DNA of 64,000 nucleotides from Bacillota bacterium (GTDB taxonomy: Bacteria > Bacillota > DTU025): the NCBI GenBank assembly GCA_050951805.1, contig JBMNJT010000008.1, forward strand, positions 160,001-224,000, written 5' to 3'. The notes beneath the pieces are model-generated. The model had not been told where the DNA came from. It saw nothing but the letters and a program-made list of their open reading frames with translations, and searched no databases. This document shows, one piece after another, positions 37,026 to 47,619 of the stretch. A program made the position numbers and the translations under genes. The first letter of the stretch is position 1. Each line of letters opens with the position of its first letter.

Positions 37026-39584
37026 ATGCAGGATCGAAAACATTCCAAGGCACGCAACAAGGAGTCGTCGCGCAAGAGACGCGGCGGAGCGGGCGCGCCG
37101 ACGGCTAGGCAGAAGCAACAGCCGGGCCCGGCGAAGAGCCGTTCAAGGAAATCTTCGGACTTGCACGGCCCCGGCAATGCCAAAAGGCCGACACAGCATG
37201 GCTCTGATCATCGACGCAAAAAGGAATTGTCGCGTTCTGTGGCGGCTTTTGCGCCGGATATCGAATTCCCTGTTTCCGAGGAGGAGCGCGCGGCTGTGCC
37301 CGTAGAATACAGGGGATTGAAGCTCGATCCCTTCCAGCAGGAAGCCATCAGGCATCTTGAGGCCGGAAGATCCGTCCTCGTTTCTGCTCCTACAGGCGTC
37401 GGCAAAACATTGGTGGCCGACTATCTCATCGAGCGTATGTACAACGAAAAGAGCAGAGTGATATATACTGCGCCCATCAAGGCCTTGTCGAACCAGAAAT
37501 TCAAGGAGTTCAAACGGCTTTTGGGCGAGGAGAACGTCGGGATCATAACGGGCGACGTCGTCATCAACTCATCGGCCCAGATACTGATCATGACCACGGA
37601 GATCTTCCGGAACATGCTCCATTTGAGTCCCCACGCCTTAGACGGCGTCTCCCACGTAATATTCGACGAAATACACTTCATCTCCGATGAGGACCGTGGC
37701 ACGGTGTGGGAGGAGTCGATTATATTCATGCCGGAGCAGATGAGGCTCCTCGGGCTCTCTGCAACCATACCCAACGCAGGCGAGCTGGCCTGCTGGATGC
37801 GGGAGATAAAGGGACATGATGTGGCAGTAGTCCGCCATTTTAAGCGCGTAGTTCCCCTGAGACACTTTGTGTACGAGAAATCGCGCGGCGCATGCACATT
37901 GAAGGAGATGAGGCAGTACAAGGCCGAACGAGACCGGGAAATCGAAGAGGCCGAAGCTTTGGCGGCTGGAGCGGGCCCGAGATACCAGACGACAACCCAT
38001 GTCGACCTCGTGAATTATCTCACGGAGGAACAGAAGTTGCCATGCCTTTACTTCGTCTTCAGCCGGAGACAGTGTGAGGAAAAAGCCGAAGAACTGGCAA
38101 GAACGGCAAATTACTTGAGCTTTGCCGAACGAAAAGAAGTCCTTTCCTTTTTCGATGAGAGAATCGAAGGAATGAATATCGAGTCGATGCCGAGCGTTAA
38201 GAAGATGCGCCGAATACTGGGTAGGGGGATCGCATACCATCACGCCGGGCTTTTGCCGGTCCTCAAAGAGATCGTTGAAGACCTCTTCGAGCGCAGGATG
38301 GTGCAGGTTCTCTACGCTACTGAGACCTTTGCCGTGGGCATCAACTTCCCTGTGAAAACTGTGTGCTTTGACGGAGTCCGCAAGTTCAACGGCGTCGATT
38401 TCGCGCCCATGAGCGCCCAGGAATACTTCCAGATGGCGGGGCGCGCGGGCAGGAGGGGCATAGACCCTGAAGGCTACGTGTACATACTCGTGGACCTCAA
38501 CTATTTCCGTCCCGAAGAATATCCCAGCACTGATGAACGAAGCGTCGAGCCTTTGGTGAGCCGATTTACCATATCATACAACACCGTCGTCAACCTGATC
38601 GCGACCCGGTCGCCGGAGGAAATACGCAAAGTCTTGAAGCAGAACTTCGCCAGCTATCAGAGGGATGCCGAGAGGTTGGAAATAGAGGAGGCCTTGAGCT
38701 CTGCGCGAGCAATGGAATCCGAGATCATCGCGGAAGCGTGCGAGCTTCTGGACAAACCGGGATGTCCGCTCTACGCCGGAAAACTCCGTTCCCGTCTCGC
38801 GGAGACCCGGGTTCAACTGAAGAGAGCCTCCAAAAGGAAAAGAAGCCGCGGCAAACGCGCTGCGCTCAGAGTTGAAATGGACGAGATCCGAGCTGAGCTC
38901 GGTTCACTGGATACCCGCGAATGCGAGGTCGCTCGGAGGAAGGCCTGCCGAAAACTGCTGTCTAAGAGGGGAGTCGTAGTCGGCCGCATGGAGAATCTAT
39001 ACGAGCGCATGCGTAGGCTAGGTAGCGAGGAAAGGTATGTGCACGAGTTCAGAAGGAAACAGGCACTCCTTGAAAGACTCAGTTACGTGCAAGACGGCGT
39101 TCTTTTGCCTAGGGGGGAAATATGCCGCGAAATACACACACAGGAACTCCTTGTGACTGAGCTGATTTTTGCAGGCGTCTTTCACGAGTTCGACATAGAC
39201 CAAATCGCTGCATTGGCGGTTTGCATCGATTATGAGCCGCGGCGCGGAGAGTTCGCTGCGAAGTCAGTCCCGTTCGATCTTGCCCGGATCCGTGAAATAG
39301 CCGAAGCTATAGAGGTTGTTGAAGAGAGCTTTGTAGGCACAAGCTCACTCCAGTTTTTCACCGGCCTTGCCCCGCTTGCTTACAGATGGAGCCAGGGCGA
39401 GGACTTCGCTGACTTGATGAAGGGTTCAAGTTATGCCGAAGGCGACGTAGTCTCCAGTTTCCGGCGGGCCATCGACCTTCTCCGACAAGTGCGGGCAGCG
39501 TGCAAAGACGACCTCGCTCTGGCTGACAAGATAACGGAGACCATAAGACGGATCGACAGGGATGTTGTAGAGGTAGTGCTATAG
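37026..39584 (+). CDS. Ski2/HelY-like DEAD/DEAH-box RNA helicase
   Basis: APTGVGKT, PIKALSNQK, DEIH, SAT, HHAGLLP, QMAGRAGRRG, C-terminal DSHCT-like EGDVV..RR.IDLLRQ. Confidence 0.93.
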   Translation: MQDRKHSKARNKESSRKRRGGAGAPTARQKQQPGPAKSRSRKSSDLHGPGNAKRPTQHGSDHRRKKELSRSVAAFAPDIEFPVSEEERAAVPVEYRGLKLDPFQQEAIRHLEAGRSVLVSAPTGVGKTLVADYLIERMYNEKSRVIYTAPIKALSNQKFKEFKRLLGEENVGIITGDVVINSSAQILIMTTEIFRNMLHLSPHALDGVSHVIFDEIHFISDEDRGTVWEESIIFMPEQMRLLGLSATIPNAGELACWMREIKGHDVAVVRHFKRVVPLRHFVYEKSRGACTLKEMRQYKAERDREIEEAEALAAGAGPRYQTTTHVDLVNYLTEEQKLPCLYFVFSRRQCEEKAEELARTANYLSFAERKEVLSFFDERIEGMNIESMPSVKKMRRILGRGIAYHHAGLLPVLKEIVEDLFERRMVQVLYATETFAVGINFPVKTVCFDGVRKFNGVDFAPMSAQEYFQMAGRAGRRGIDPEGYVYILVDLNYFRPEEYPSTDERSVEPLVSRFTISYNTVVNLIATRSPEEIRKVLKQNFASYQRDAERLEIEEALSSARAMESEIIAEACELLDKPGCPLYAGKLRSRLAETRVQLKRASKRKRSRGKRAALRVEMDEIRAELGSLDTRECEVARRKACRKLLSKRGVVVGRMENLYERMRRLGSEERYVHEFRRKQALLERLSYVQDGVLLPRGEICREIHTQELLVTELIFAGVFHEFDIDQIAALAVCIDYEPRRGEFAAKSVPFDLARIREIAEAIEVVEESFVGTSSLQFFTGLAPLAYRWSQGEDFADLMKGSSYAEGDVVSSFRRAIDLLRQVRAACKDDLALADKITETIRRIDRDVVEVVL

Positions 39585-39672
39585 AAATTATCTCGGCTTT
39601 CATTAGACAACTAATACCCCAACAACAGGTAGCGCACATTCCAGGATTCCGCAGTGAACTGTTGGGACCTGT

Positions 39673-40803
39673 TCAGTTCCCGCGCTCCGGGGCAACCTGG
39701 CGAGATTCACTTGCATACTCGAGGATTCTATTGAGAGTTCGTTCCCTTAGCCCTTTGACAGCATCAAAATCGATGTTGGGAGTGTATAGGGATTCCAGAA
39801 AACGGTGCGCGTCCCGCGCCTGGCCGAGGAAGAATATTGCTCGGTCCATCGCCTCTTGCATTAGGCTGCGGTCGTAATCCACTATCCTTGCGTTGCGTTC
39901 TACGACTGTTCGATCGAGACATTGCTCCATGTCTATGACGATGTCGTCTTTGCGAGGGGTCCACACGTGCGGTTCGACAGACGTGATCAGTGCTGTCTTG
40001 ATAGCAGGTATCACAAGGTGCTCGAGACTTTCGGGGTTGAGCGAACAATGGAAAAGCTCCACATCTAGCCCTGAACGGATCGCGTGGTCGGCTACGTACC
40101 CGATGAGGGTAGATTTTCCGGATCCAGGGCCTCCGTGGATGACAAACCGCCTCAAGCAGCCTGCTACCACCGTGTCGAGGTAGTTGACGAAGCCGTCCGG
40201 TGTTATCGCCGATGCAAAGAGGCTGCGTTTCTTGCCGGGGCGGTCAGCCACGCTCGTCTGTCCGAAAACGTCCACGATTATCTGGTGGCAGAGCTTGTTG
40301 GCGGCACCTGCATCAAGCGCTTCAGCATTTGCGTCGCTCCAGTCATCTAGCACGTCCCCTGCAGTCCGGAGGAACCTGTAGGCGCGCTGAAAGTGGCGGG
40401 ATGCATCTTTGGAGCAGTTTATTATCTCGTCCTTCTTGGCACGCATCGCAGATTCGTTCCAGTAGTCTCCCAGATACAGAATTTCGTCTACAGCCCCTGG
40501 AAAACGGGGATCCACCATGTGAGGGGCGGTCCCATCCATGAGCGCGACACCGATTCCCGGCATAACCACGCCGTCCAGAGAAGACGGATCCGAGGAGCAG
40601 TGAAAGAGCTCGACATCGTAACCGAGATCGGCCATGTGTTCGGCAATGTACTTCATCAGAGTCGATTTTCCGACTCCGGGGCCTCCTTTTAGGACTATGG
40701 TTCTGGTAGCATCTTGTCCTATTATGTTGTCATAGAAGGAGCGAAAACCGCCGGACGTATTGCCTCCGGCAAACATGCGCCTCACCTGGGCTACAGTGGC
40801 CAT
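39673..40803 (-). CDS. PRK06851-family protein with two P-loops
   Basis: FAGGNT..GF.SFY, KGGPGVGKST, HCSSDPSSLDG, DGTAPH, second GGPGSGKST. Confidence 0.8.
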   Translation of the reverse strand: MATVAQVRRMFAGGNTSGGFRSFYDNIIGQDATRTIVLKGGPGVGKSTLMKYIAEHMADLGYDVELFHCSSDPSSLDGVVMPGIGVALMDGTAPHMVDPRFPGAVDEILYLGDYWNESAMRAKKDEIINCSKDASRHFQRAYRFLRTAGDVLDDWSDANAEALDAGAANKLCHQIIVDVFGQTSVADRPGKKRSLFASAITPDGFVNYLDTVVAGCLRRFVIHGGPGSGKSTLIGYVADHAIRSGLDVELFHCSLNPESLEHLVIPAIKTALITSVEPHVWTPRKDDIVIDMEQCLDRTVVERNARIVDYDRSLMQEAMDRAIFFLGQARDAHRFLESLYTPNIDFDAVKGLRERTLNRILEYASESRQVAPERGN

Positions 40804-41517
40804 AATCTGATTCCCTCCAATAACCAGGTCACACTTAGCCTATGCCAAATTGGGTCCATGTGTACGGCAGAACGAAGAAAACTTGGAGAACCGATGGAGT
40901 GTACCGGCGAGGAGGAGAATGGCGTGAAAATCGATTGGCCGGGGTTCTTCTTCTGCTGAATATACAGGATTGCCAGAAACAGAAAAATGAGCGTTGCCAT
41001 TGGCACAGCCCTTCTGCCACTCGCCGGCGTATTTTTGGTTCTTGCCACGGCCCCTGACGCCCAGCAAGTTGTGGATACAGACGGCAACCTCACGCACAAA
41101 GCGTTTGTTGTCATGCAAAGAGACCTCAACCATGAGGAACTCAATCTCAAAATGGACATAGATTCGGGAAGCATGAAGATCATGGCTGAACACGGCCGGA
41201 ACATGCTTGCAGCCAAGGCCGGTTATTGGTCGCCAGCGAATAGACCGTCGTGCCGTGAAAAGATGAATACGAAATCGCCGTAGGTGACCTGCTCTGACTA
41301 CTTCTTCGACATCAAGGTTGGCTTCGGCAGTGTCGATGGAATCATTGAAGGACTTGACGTGCGCGACGTTGAAGTTCGAGTCGTAAGTGGAAAGTTCGTG
41401 TTCTCCTTTACCGGACAGGGCTTGAGACAACTCGCGGGCTTTTGACCAAAAGAGGCCGATATCTCCTGGCTAGGCAATTCGGGAATAGATAGAGCACGGG
41501 AAAAAGTGGGATCCGGC

Positions 41518-43164
41518 GATCAAGTCCGAAATGTGCTGTAAAAGCAGTTCTCCTCTACTGGAGCATGTTTGTATAGATAGCTAGTCGGGACTGCCGACGA
41601 ATTTCATCCAATTCCTCTTCCTTGGTATAGTGGACGCATTCGACTGGTTTGCACTTTCTATCCAAGCCGAATGAGTATTGTACTCCGGCTCGGCCTCGAG
41701 GCAAGTTAGTCCATGACCAAGATATTTATCTCTAGCTAGGTTCTGCTTTCCTCTCGGTCTGCGCCGGAGTCAGCGATAGCCATCAGCTTGGATTGTAACG
41801 AGAAGCGCTAACCCTCAAGCGACATGGAGCGAGGATTCTGCCTGGCCCGATTCACAAGCCTGCTTCCATTGCCAATACTCGGCCATGTTGAGATACTTGC
41901 GACCGGTAGACCAATCCTCATCCCTTTCGATAAGCACAGCACCAAGCAGCCTAATGGCCGAATCACCGTTTGGGAATATCCTTATCACCCGTTCCCGCCT
42001 TCGGATCTCTTCGTTGAGCCTCTCTACACAGTTGGTTGTTCTCAGCCTTTTCCGGAGGCATTGGGGTAGAACCATTACAGCCATTGCATCGTCAAATCCT
42101 TCTTCAAGCCTGTCGATTGCCTTAGGGGCCCGAGCTGCGAAATCAGCAATGATGCCACCAAGCAATTCTCTGGCAGTATCCATATCGGGCGCTTCAAACA
42201 TGAGGCGCAGTCGGGAGTGGAGTTCATCCTTAAGCGCCTTGGGGCACGCATCCAGGATGTTCTTAGTGAAATGAGTCTGGCAACGCTGCCATGATGCCCC
42301 CTGAAACTCTACTGCTACAGCATTGACTAGTCCTCCATGGTCATCTGACACCACAAGGTCTACGCCCGAAAGGCCCCTTGCCTTTAAAGAGTTGAAGAAC
42401 TCGCGCCATGAGTCTTCCTTCTCGCTGTCTGCAAGCATGAACCCGATAATCTCGCGCATGCCTTCAGAGTTTACGCCTACGGCGATCAGCGCACTGTGAT
42501 TCCAGACCCTGCCTCCCTTGCGGATCTTGATCACTATCGCATCAACCAATAAAAATGGATATGGCCCTTTGTCGAGAGGACGTTCACGCCATTCGCGCAC
42601 TGCAGGGTCCAGCGTCTTCACCATGTCTGAGACTGTGGATTCCGAGATGTCCACACCACATAGCTCGCGGGTTATCTTTCGAATCTTACGAGTAGACACT
42701 CCGTTCACTACCATTTCAACAAGCGTGGCAATCAGGGCTCGTTCGCTGCGCTGGTACCTTTCAAAAAGGTCCGTATCCAGCTTGCCCTTTCTAAACTGGG
42801 GGACCTCAAGGGTAATTGAGCCCACCCGCGTCACCAAGGGTCGCCTTCTGGACCCATTGCGATACCCGGTCCGCTCCTCAGTTCTCTGATAAGGCTCTGC
42901 CCCAAGCTGTTCCGTAGCCTGCGCTTCAAGCACCTGGTTAAGCACTGATTCAAGAAGGTTTGCTAACCCACGGTCCCCATCAAAAAGTCCATGCAATTGC
43001 TCTTCGGATATGCTAATCTGATATGTAGCCATTGGTTCTCCTCCTAGTAGATAATTGGTTCGCTTATGCTCCAATTCTACTAGAGAACCAGTGGCCTTTC
43101 CATACCCATCCCAACCCACCACAACAGGGCGAAGGCCTTTTACAGCATTATATCGGACGTGACT
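41518..43164 (-). mobile_element. IS256-family insertion sequence
   Basis: Imperfect IRs (TCAAGTCCGAAATGTGCTGTAAAAG / CTTTTACAGCATTATATCGGACGTGA); 8-bp target duplication GATCCGGC at 41510-41517 and 43165-43172. Confidence 0.9.
41815..43032 (-). CDS. IS256-family (Mutator-like) transposase
   Basis: YRNGSR, GVSTRK, LLVDA, VSDDHGGL, QRCQTH, TTNCVERLNEEIRRR; ATG 43032 after AGGAGG-like RBS. Confidence 0.95.
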   Translation of the reverse strand: MATYQISISEEQLHGLFDGDRGLANLLESVLNQVLEAQATEQLGAEPYQRTEERTGYRNGSRRRPLVTRVGSITLEVPQFRKGKLDTDLFERYQRSERALIATLVEMVVNGVSTRKIRKITRELCGVDISESTVSDMVKTLDPAVREWRERPLDKGPYPFLLVDAIVIKIRKGGRVWNHSALIAVGVNSEGMREIIGFMLADSEKEDSWREFFNSLKARGLSGVDLVVSDDHGGLVNAVAVEFQGASWQRCQTHFTKNILDACPKALKDELHSRLRLMFEAPDMDTARELLGGIIADFAARAPKAIDRLEEGFDDAMAVMVLPQCLRKRLRTTNCVERLNEEIRRRERVIRIFPNGDSAIRLLGAVLIERDEDWSTGRKYLNMAEYWQWKQACESGQAESSLHVA

Positions 43165-43414
43165 GATCCGGCACAGCTCGCGCAGACTTTTCAGGAAATC
43201 CGGATGCAGCTGATATCGCAGTCGACCCTGTGGTCCTTGCGAAAACCAGGCGAAACATTGAATCCCGGATCGGCCTAAGAAGAGATGGACGCGGGCATGA
43301 CACGGAGTTCGGTACGGGGCGAAGATGGGTTTCCGCAAACTACGAAACTGCGCCCCGTGTGATACACGTGGTTTTCACGATCGGAACCGGCAGAATAGAG
43401 GTGGAACATGACCG

Positions 43415-45838
43415 TTGAGACGTAGAGGAAGTCGTTGTCATATAGGCCGCCTCAGGTGGCTTGTTTCAGCGATTGCTTTGCTAGCAGCAATGATGCTGAT
43501 CCCGCTGGGCGTTGTCGCGGGCAGCCCTGCCCGGGAGAGGGCGAGCGCTGTTTTGGCGGGAATGCATGTGCAGAAGCTTTCGCTCGAGATCGGTCCGAGG
43601 CCAACCGGTACGATGAGGGAGACCGCAGCCGCGGACTATGTTGCAGATACATTGGAAGGGTATGGGTACACCGTGACAAGAGTCCCATTTTCACGCGAGA
43701 CTGCGGACGGGGTTTCAGTATCTGAAAACGTCATAGCCGTTGCACCTTCGGCCAAGCCTGATTCGAAGCTGATCCTGATCGGAGCATCACTTGACACTTA
43801 TGGAATGGATTCAACCGGTGCCGACCATAACGGTTCTGGACTCGCCGCCATGCTGGAGTCGGCAAGGCTCCTATCTGGCCGGCTGACTGGCCGCTCGCAA
43901 GTTGCTTTTGTGGCATTCGGATCCAACGAGATGGGGCGGGCCGGGTCGAAGGCATTTACCGAAGGCACAGCCGCCGGCCCCATCGATCCCCGCAACGTTG
44001 CGATCATGATCAACATAGATGCAGTAGGCCGTGGAGATTCGGTGCGCCTTATACCATGGGGAGGGCCCCGGGCGTTAGCCCCCAAGGCATTTGAGCGGCT
44101 GGTGGATGCCGTGGCCGATTCCACTGGAAAGCCGGTAGGGTTCGACACGACCATAGCCATGATGCCGCAGGTGCACACTGACCACTCGCCTTTCCTGGTG
44201 GCCGGCGTTCCGGCTGTAACCATTACCACTGCGCGTTCGCTCCCGTATTACTCAGGCAATTCACTCGACCCATACTTGGATGTTGCTGCTGAAGTGAGCG
44301 GTGCGAGAGTGGCCATGGCTGCAGATGCTGTAGTGGCTGCTGCAGATTGGGCAGCCTCCGCCTACAGAATTGGGAAGCCCACTGGGACCTATATCTCCCT
44401 AAGAGTATTCGGGGATATTATCTCAGTCTCCTACATAACCAGTGTGATCGTGGCGGCTGCAGCAGTCGTGATTGGGATTGCTTGCATCGCATATAGCAAC
44501 AGCATGCTATATGATGAGCTTTCCAGAGTAAGATCTGCCGGGACAGTCAAGGCCGTGGGAATGGCGCTGGCGGTTTATGCGGTAATGACTGTGGTTCTTT
44601 GGACCGCCTTTCTTCCGTCTGTCGTGGTTGAAGCAGTGCGAGGCGTCGAGCGGCCGTGGACCGCATATCCCGCTCCCTACATTCTCGCTGGCGCAGTGTG
44701 GGCACTCTTCTTCGCAATTCTCATACTATCCCTTACAGGTACTGGTGTACGAGAGCCTCTTCGCGCCCCGATGCTTCGCCTTGCCATGATTATACAGACA
44801 GCCCTGGTCTGCCTTTCCGTGCCTATCCTACGGGCCGGGTCTTTCCCGTTCTCTCTCGGGCTCATCTTTACGTCGCTTGCTCTCTTGTTTCCGGAAGGAA
44901 CGGCAAGGAAGATCTTTGCTTGCCTTGCTCCGGTGCCCGTAGTGTGGCTTGGGTGCAAGGCCGTTGTTGGCGTGGGAAACCGGATTATTGCGGACCTCTT
45001 GTTGGTTCCCATATTCCTCTGCCTCCTCGTTGCGGCGCTTGCGCTGCCATATGCAATCGCCATACTCGTCCTGGCAACGGAACCGAGGGGAAGGAGAAGG
45101 ACCTTCTATTCTCCTGGCAACCTGTTCTACGACATTGCCCCCGGCACGACGCTGCGAGAATACAGAGTTGTTCCAGGTTCAGTTCCAGAAAGCAGGAAGA
45201 GGAGGCCCTCCGCTCGCAAGACTTTCATGTGGATTCTGGGTGTGTTGGCTTTGATATTGACCGCCAGCCTGTTTTTGTACCCCAGCTATAATTCGAGAAG
45301 GCCCCAGCCAGTATTGGTTACGCATGTAGTGGACGGACTTGGAGGGCATAGCCTAGTATTTGAAAGCAATGACAACATCAAGGGGATATCTGTCGTTTCC
45401 CGCTCTGGAGAGAGAGGCCCCGAAAAGATAGACGCGAGATCCACCTCGCATCTGATACCATATTCATTCAGTGCTCCGCGGCTGAGCCTCGTTGCAGAGA
45501 TGGACGGTCCCGCGCTCCGGGTTAGGCTGTTATCGAGTGCCCCTATCCGTTCCGTTAAGATATGCATTGTAGGTCCTCAAGGGATGGCGGTACTCTCCAG
45601 CAACCGCCGCTGTCTTATTGAAGAAGATGGCGATATGGTGCGAATCAGCACCGTGTTATCGGGAGAAGAGCCGATCGAAGCCCAGTTCCAATTGGCGTTT
45701 CCGCCCGACGCACCGCTCTCAGTGGAAGCGACAGGATCGTTCTGGGAGAACCCTGCTCCAATTATAATATCTGGAGATGGTAAGAGGTTTTATGAAACAA
45801 ATCAGTTTGTAGTTGCTACGCCCCTAACCGCAAAATAG
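43415..45838 (+). CDS. Membrane-anchored M28-family peptidase-like protein
   Basis: IGPRPTG, GASLDT, GADHNGSG, NIDAVG, TDHSPF, then about 8-9 TM helices. Some metal ligands look substituted. Confidence 0.75.
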   Translation: MRRRGSRCHIGRLRWLVSAIALLAAMMLIPLGVVAGSPARERASAVLAGMHVQKLSLEIGPRPTGTMRETAAADYVADTLEGYGYTVTRVPFSRETADGVSVSENVIAVAPSAKPDSKLILIGASLDTYGMDSTGADHNGSGLAAMLESARLLSGRLTGRSQVAFVAFGSNEMGRAGSKAFTEGTAAGPIDPRNVAIMINIDAVGRGDSVRLIPWGGPRALAPKAFERLVDAVADSTGKPVGFDTTIAMMPQVHTDHSPFLVAGVPAVTITTARSLPYYSGNSLDPYLDVAAEVSGARVAMAADAVVAAADWAASAYRIGKPTGTYISLRVFGDIISVSYITSVIVAAAAVVIGIACIAYSNSMLYDELSRVRSAGTVKAVGMALAVYAVMTVVLWTAFLPSVVVEAVRGVERPWTAYPAPYILAGAVWALFFAILILSLTGTGVREPLRAPMLRLAMIIQTALVCLSVPILRAGSFPFSLGLIFTSLALLFPEGTARKIFACLAPVPVVWLGCKAVVGVGNRIIADLLLVPIFLCLLVAALALPYAIAILVLATEPRGRRRTFYSPGNLFYDIAPGTTLREYRVVPGSVPESRKRRPSARKTFMWILGVLALILTASLFLYPSYNSRRPQPVLVTHVVDGLGGHSLVFESNDNIKGISVVSRSGERGPEKIDARSTSHLIPYSFSAPRLSLVAEMDGPALRVRLLSSAPIRSVKICIVGPQGMAVLSSNRRCLIEEDGDMVRISTVLSGEEPIEAQFQLAFPPDAPLSVEATGSFWENPAPIIISGDGKRFYETNQFVVATPLTAK

Positions 45839-45845
45839 GATACAG

Positions 45846-45874
45846 TTGACATCTAAAGGGACCTATGGTAATCT
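45846..45874 (+). promoter_or_regulatory. SigA-like promoter
   Basis: TTGACA-N17-TAATCT with extended -10 TG, followed by GGAGG RBS. Confidence 0.65.
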
Positions 45875-45907
45875 GTTGATGCAATAACTTATACTGGAGG
45901 TGACGAT

Positions 45908-46372
45908 GTGGTTGCGGCACAGCCGGAGCGTGACGAGTTGCTCAATGGCAAGCGTCTTGCCTGCATCGTGCTGGAATGTGTGGACTCAATACCTCAGCCT
46001 GTCGGACGCACCAAGATAGCTCTCTTGTTAAAGGGGTCTAGATCACAACAGATTCGCACAATCGACATTAGACAGGTCAGGCATTTTGGTGCCTTGGGCC
46101 ATCTTACAATCGCCCAGATCCAAGGGATAATCGAGCAGCTTCTTTCAGAGGGATACCTCGGATCATCCTATGGGAAACGACCGGTGATCCATGTTACGTC
46201 GTTGGGACGTACAACAATGATCACAGGCGATATGCCCGAGGTCACCATCCCTGACGAGCTCAAACTCTATGTAGCACGGGAACGATGTCGCAAATGCCCT
46301 CATAATCCCTATATCACTGACTGCCCGGGTGCAGGCCCTAACACACCCAATGACATACCTCCTCCGTTCTAG
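45908..46372 (+). CDS. Stand-alone RQC (RecQ winged-helix) domain protein
   Basis: VGRTKIALLLKGSRS...HFGAL...IEQLLSEGYL...PVIHVTSLG. Confidence 0.75.
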   Translation: MVAAQPERDELLNGKRLACIVLECVDSIPQPVGRTKIALLLKGSRSQQIRTIDIRQVRHFGALGHLTIAQIQGIIEQLLSEGYLGSSYGKRPVIHVTSLGRTTMITGDMPEVTIPDELKLYVARERCRKCPHNPYITDCPGAGPNTPNDIPPPF

Positions 46373-46437
46373 CTAGACTTCGCTTGGCGTAAGAATTAAG
46401 GCAGTCAACTTGGGCTGATCGGGGGCGCTGGGCCAAA

Positions 46438-47619
46438 TTGCTCACTCATAGAGCCTTCAAGGTTTTAACATCATTTGTTATCGGGGTGGTCATCGGAGTC
46501 TGTCTGCGCACAGCCTGTCCCGTTGAGGCGCCCGCACTGTCGCCCCCATACCTCAGCCCACCTGGGCGTCCCGAACTCATCTACCACCGCGCTTTCCGCG
46601 AAGGACCTGCGGTGAGCGCCCGAGCCGCCATACTAGTCGAAGCCTCCACCGGGATCGTGCTCTATGCCAAAAACGAACATGAACAAAGAGAACAGGCGAG
46701 CATAACCAAGGCCATGACAGCCATAGTCGCCATTGAACGGGGCGATCTGGCTGATATCGTGCGCGTATCACCGAATGCAGCCAAGGTTCCCGGATCGACA
46801 CTCAACCTTGTCCCTGGGCAAGATTACAAGCTTGAGGAATTACTCCGCGCTACCATGCTGAGGTCAGGAAATGACGGCGCAACGGCTGTGGCGGAGCATG
46901 TAGGTGGATCGGTAGAAGATTTCGTGACGTTGATGAATGCCCGCGCAGCAAGCATGGGCTTGAAGAACACCCATTTCGCCAACCCGCACGGACTATCCGC
47001 TCCTGGACACTATTCCACAGCGTACGACATAGCCCTCATGTGCATGTGGGGGTTGAGGCTTCCCAAATTCGCCGACATTGTGGGATGCCCTGAACTTTGG
47101 ACATCTTCTGTGGAAAGCGGGAGGGCGAAAGTAGTATACAACACCAACAGGCTTCTTTGGGGTTTTTCTGGCGCCGATGGGATCAAGACGGGAACCACTT
47201 CCAAAGCAGGACATTGCTTGGCAGCCTCTGCGACCCGGGATGGGTTGCAGTTCATAGCCGTTGTTCTTCGCTCCAATGCCAGATTCAAAGATGCGGCAAA
47301 CCTGTTGGAATACGGTTTCTCCACGTTCACGCGGATAAGGGCGGCTGAAGCCGGAGTGGCTGTGGGCGATGTTCTCGTCCGCCGTGGACTGGATCGTTCT
47401 GTGGAGGTTGCAACTGCGAAGGATGTCGATGTAGTGGTCCGCGTTGACGAGGTGCCGGGAATATCCGTGGAAATAAGGGTGCCCGAATCGCCGGAAGCGC
47501 CAGTATGCCCAGGGGATCGCGTAGGGTGGCTCGACGTGCTATACCAAGGTGACCTCATTGCCCGCCAGCAACTGTATGCTATGAAGGCTGTCGACCGCAG
47601 GCCTTTATGGGCACGTTGA
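46438..47619 (+). CDS. D-alanyl-D-alanine carboxypeptidase (S11, DacB/DacF-like)
   Basis: ASITK (SxxK), SGND, NPHGL, KTG, PBP5-like C-domain. Confidence 0.93.
   Translation: MLTHRAFKVLTSFVIGVVIGVCLRTACPVEAPALSPPYLSPPGRPELIYHRAFREGPAVSARAAILVEASTGIVLYAKNEHEQREQASITKAMTAIVAIERGDLADIVRVSPNAAKVPGSTLNLVPGQDYKLEELLRATMLRSGNDGATAVAEHVGGSVEDFVTLMNARAASMGLKNTHFANPHGLSAPGHYSTAYDIALMCMWGLRLPKFADIVGCPELWTSSVESGRAKVVYNTNRLLWGFSGADGIKTGTTSKAGHCLAASATRDGLQFIAVVLRSNARFKDAANLLEYGFSTFTRIRAAEAGVAVGDVLVRRGLDRSVEVATAKDVDVVVRVDEVPGISVEIRVPESPEAPVCPGDRVGWLDVLYQGDLIARQQLYAMKAVDRRPLWAR

Noticed and set aside
40900-41500. Short ORFs resembling a secreted protein
   Set aside because: Fragmented frames with no assignable family; probably a decayed gene next to IS256.
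43033-43338. N-terminal extension of the IS256 transposase ORF
   Set aside because: Runs through and beyond the element's IR; the true start is ATG 43032.
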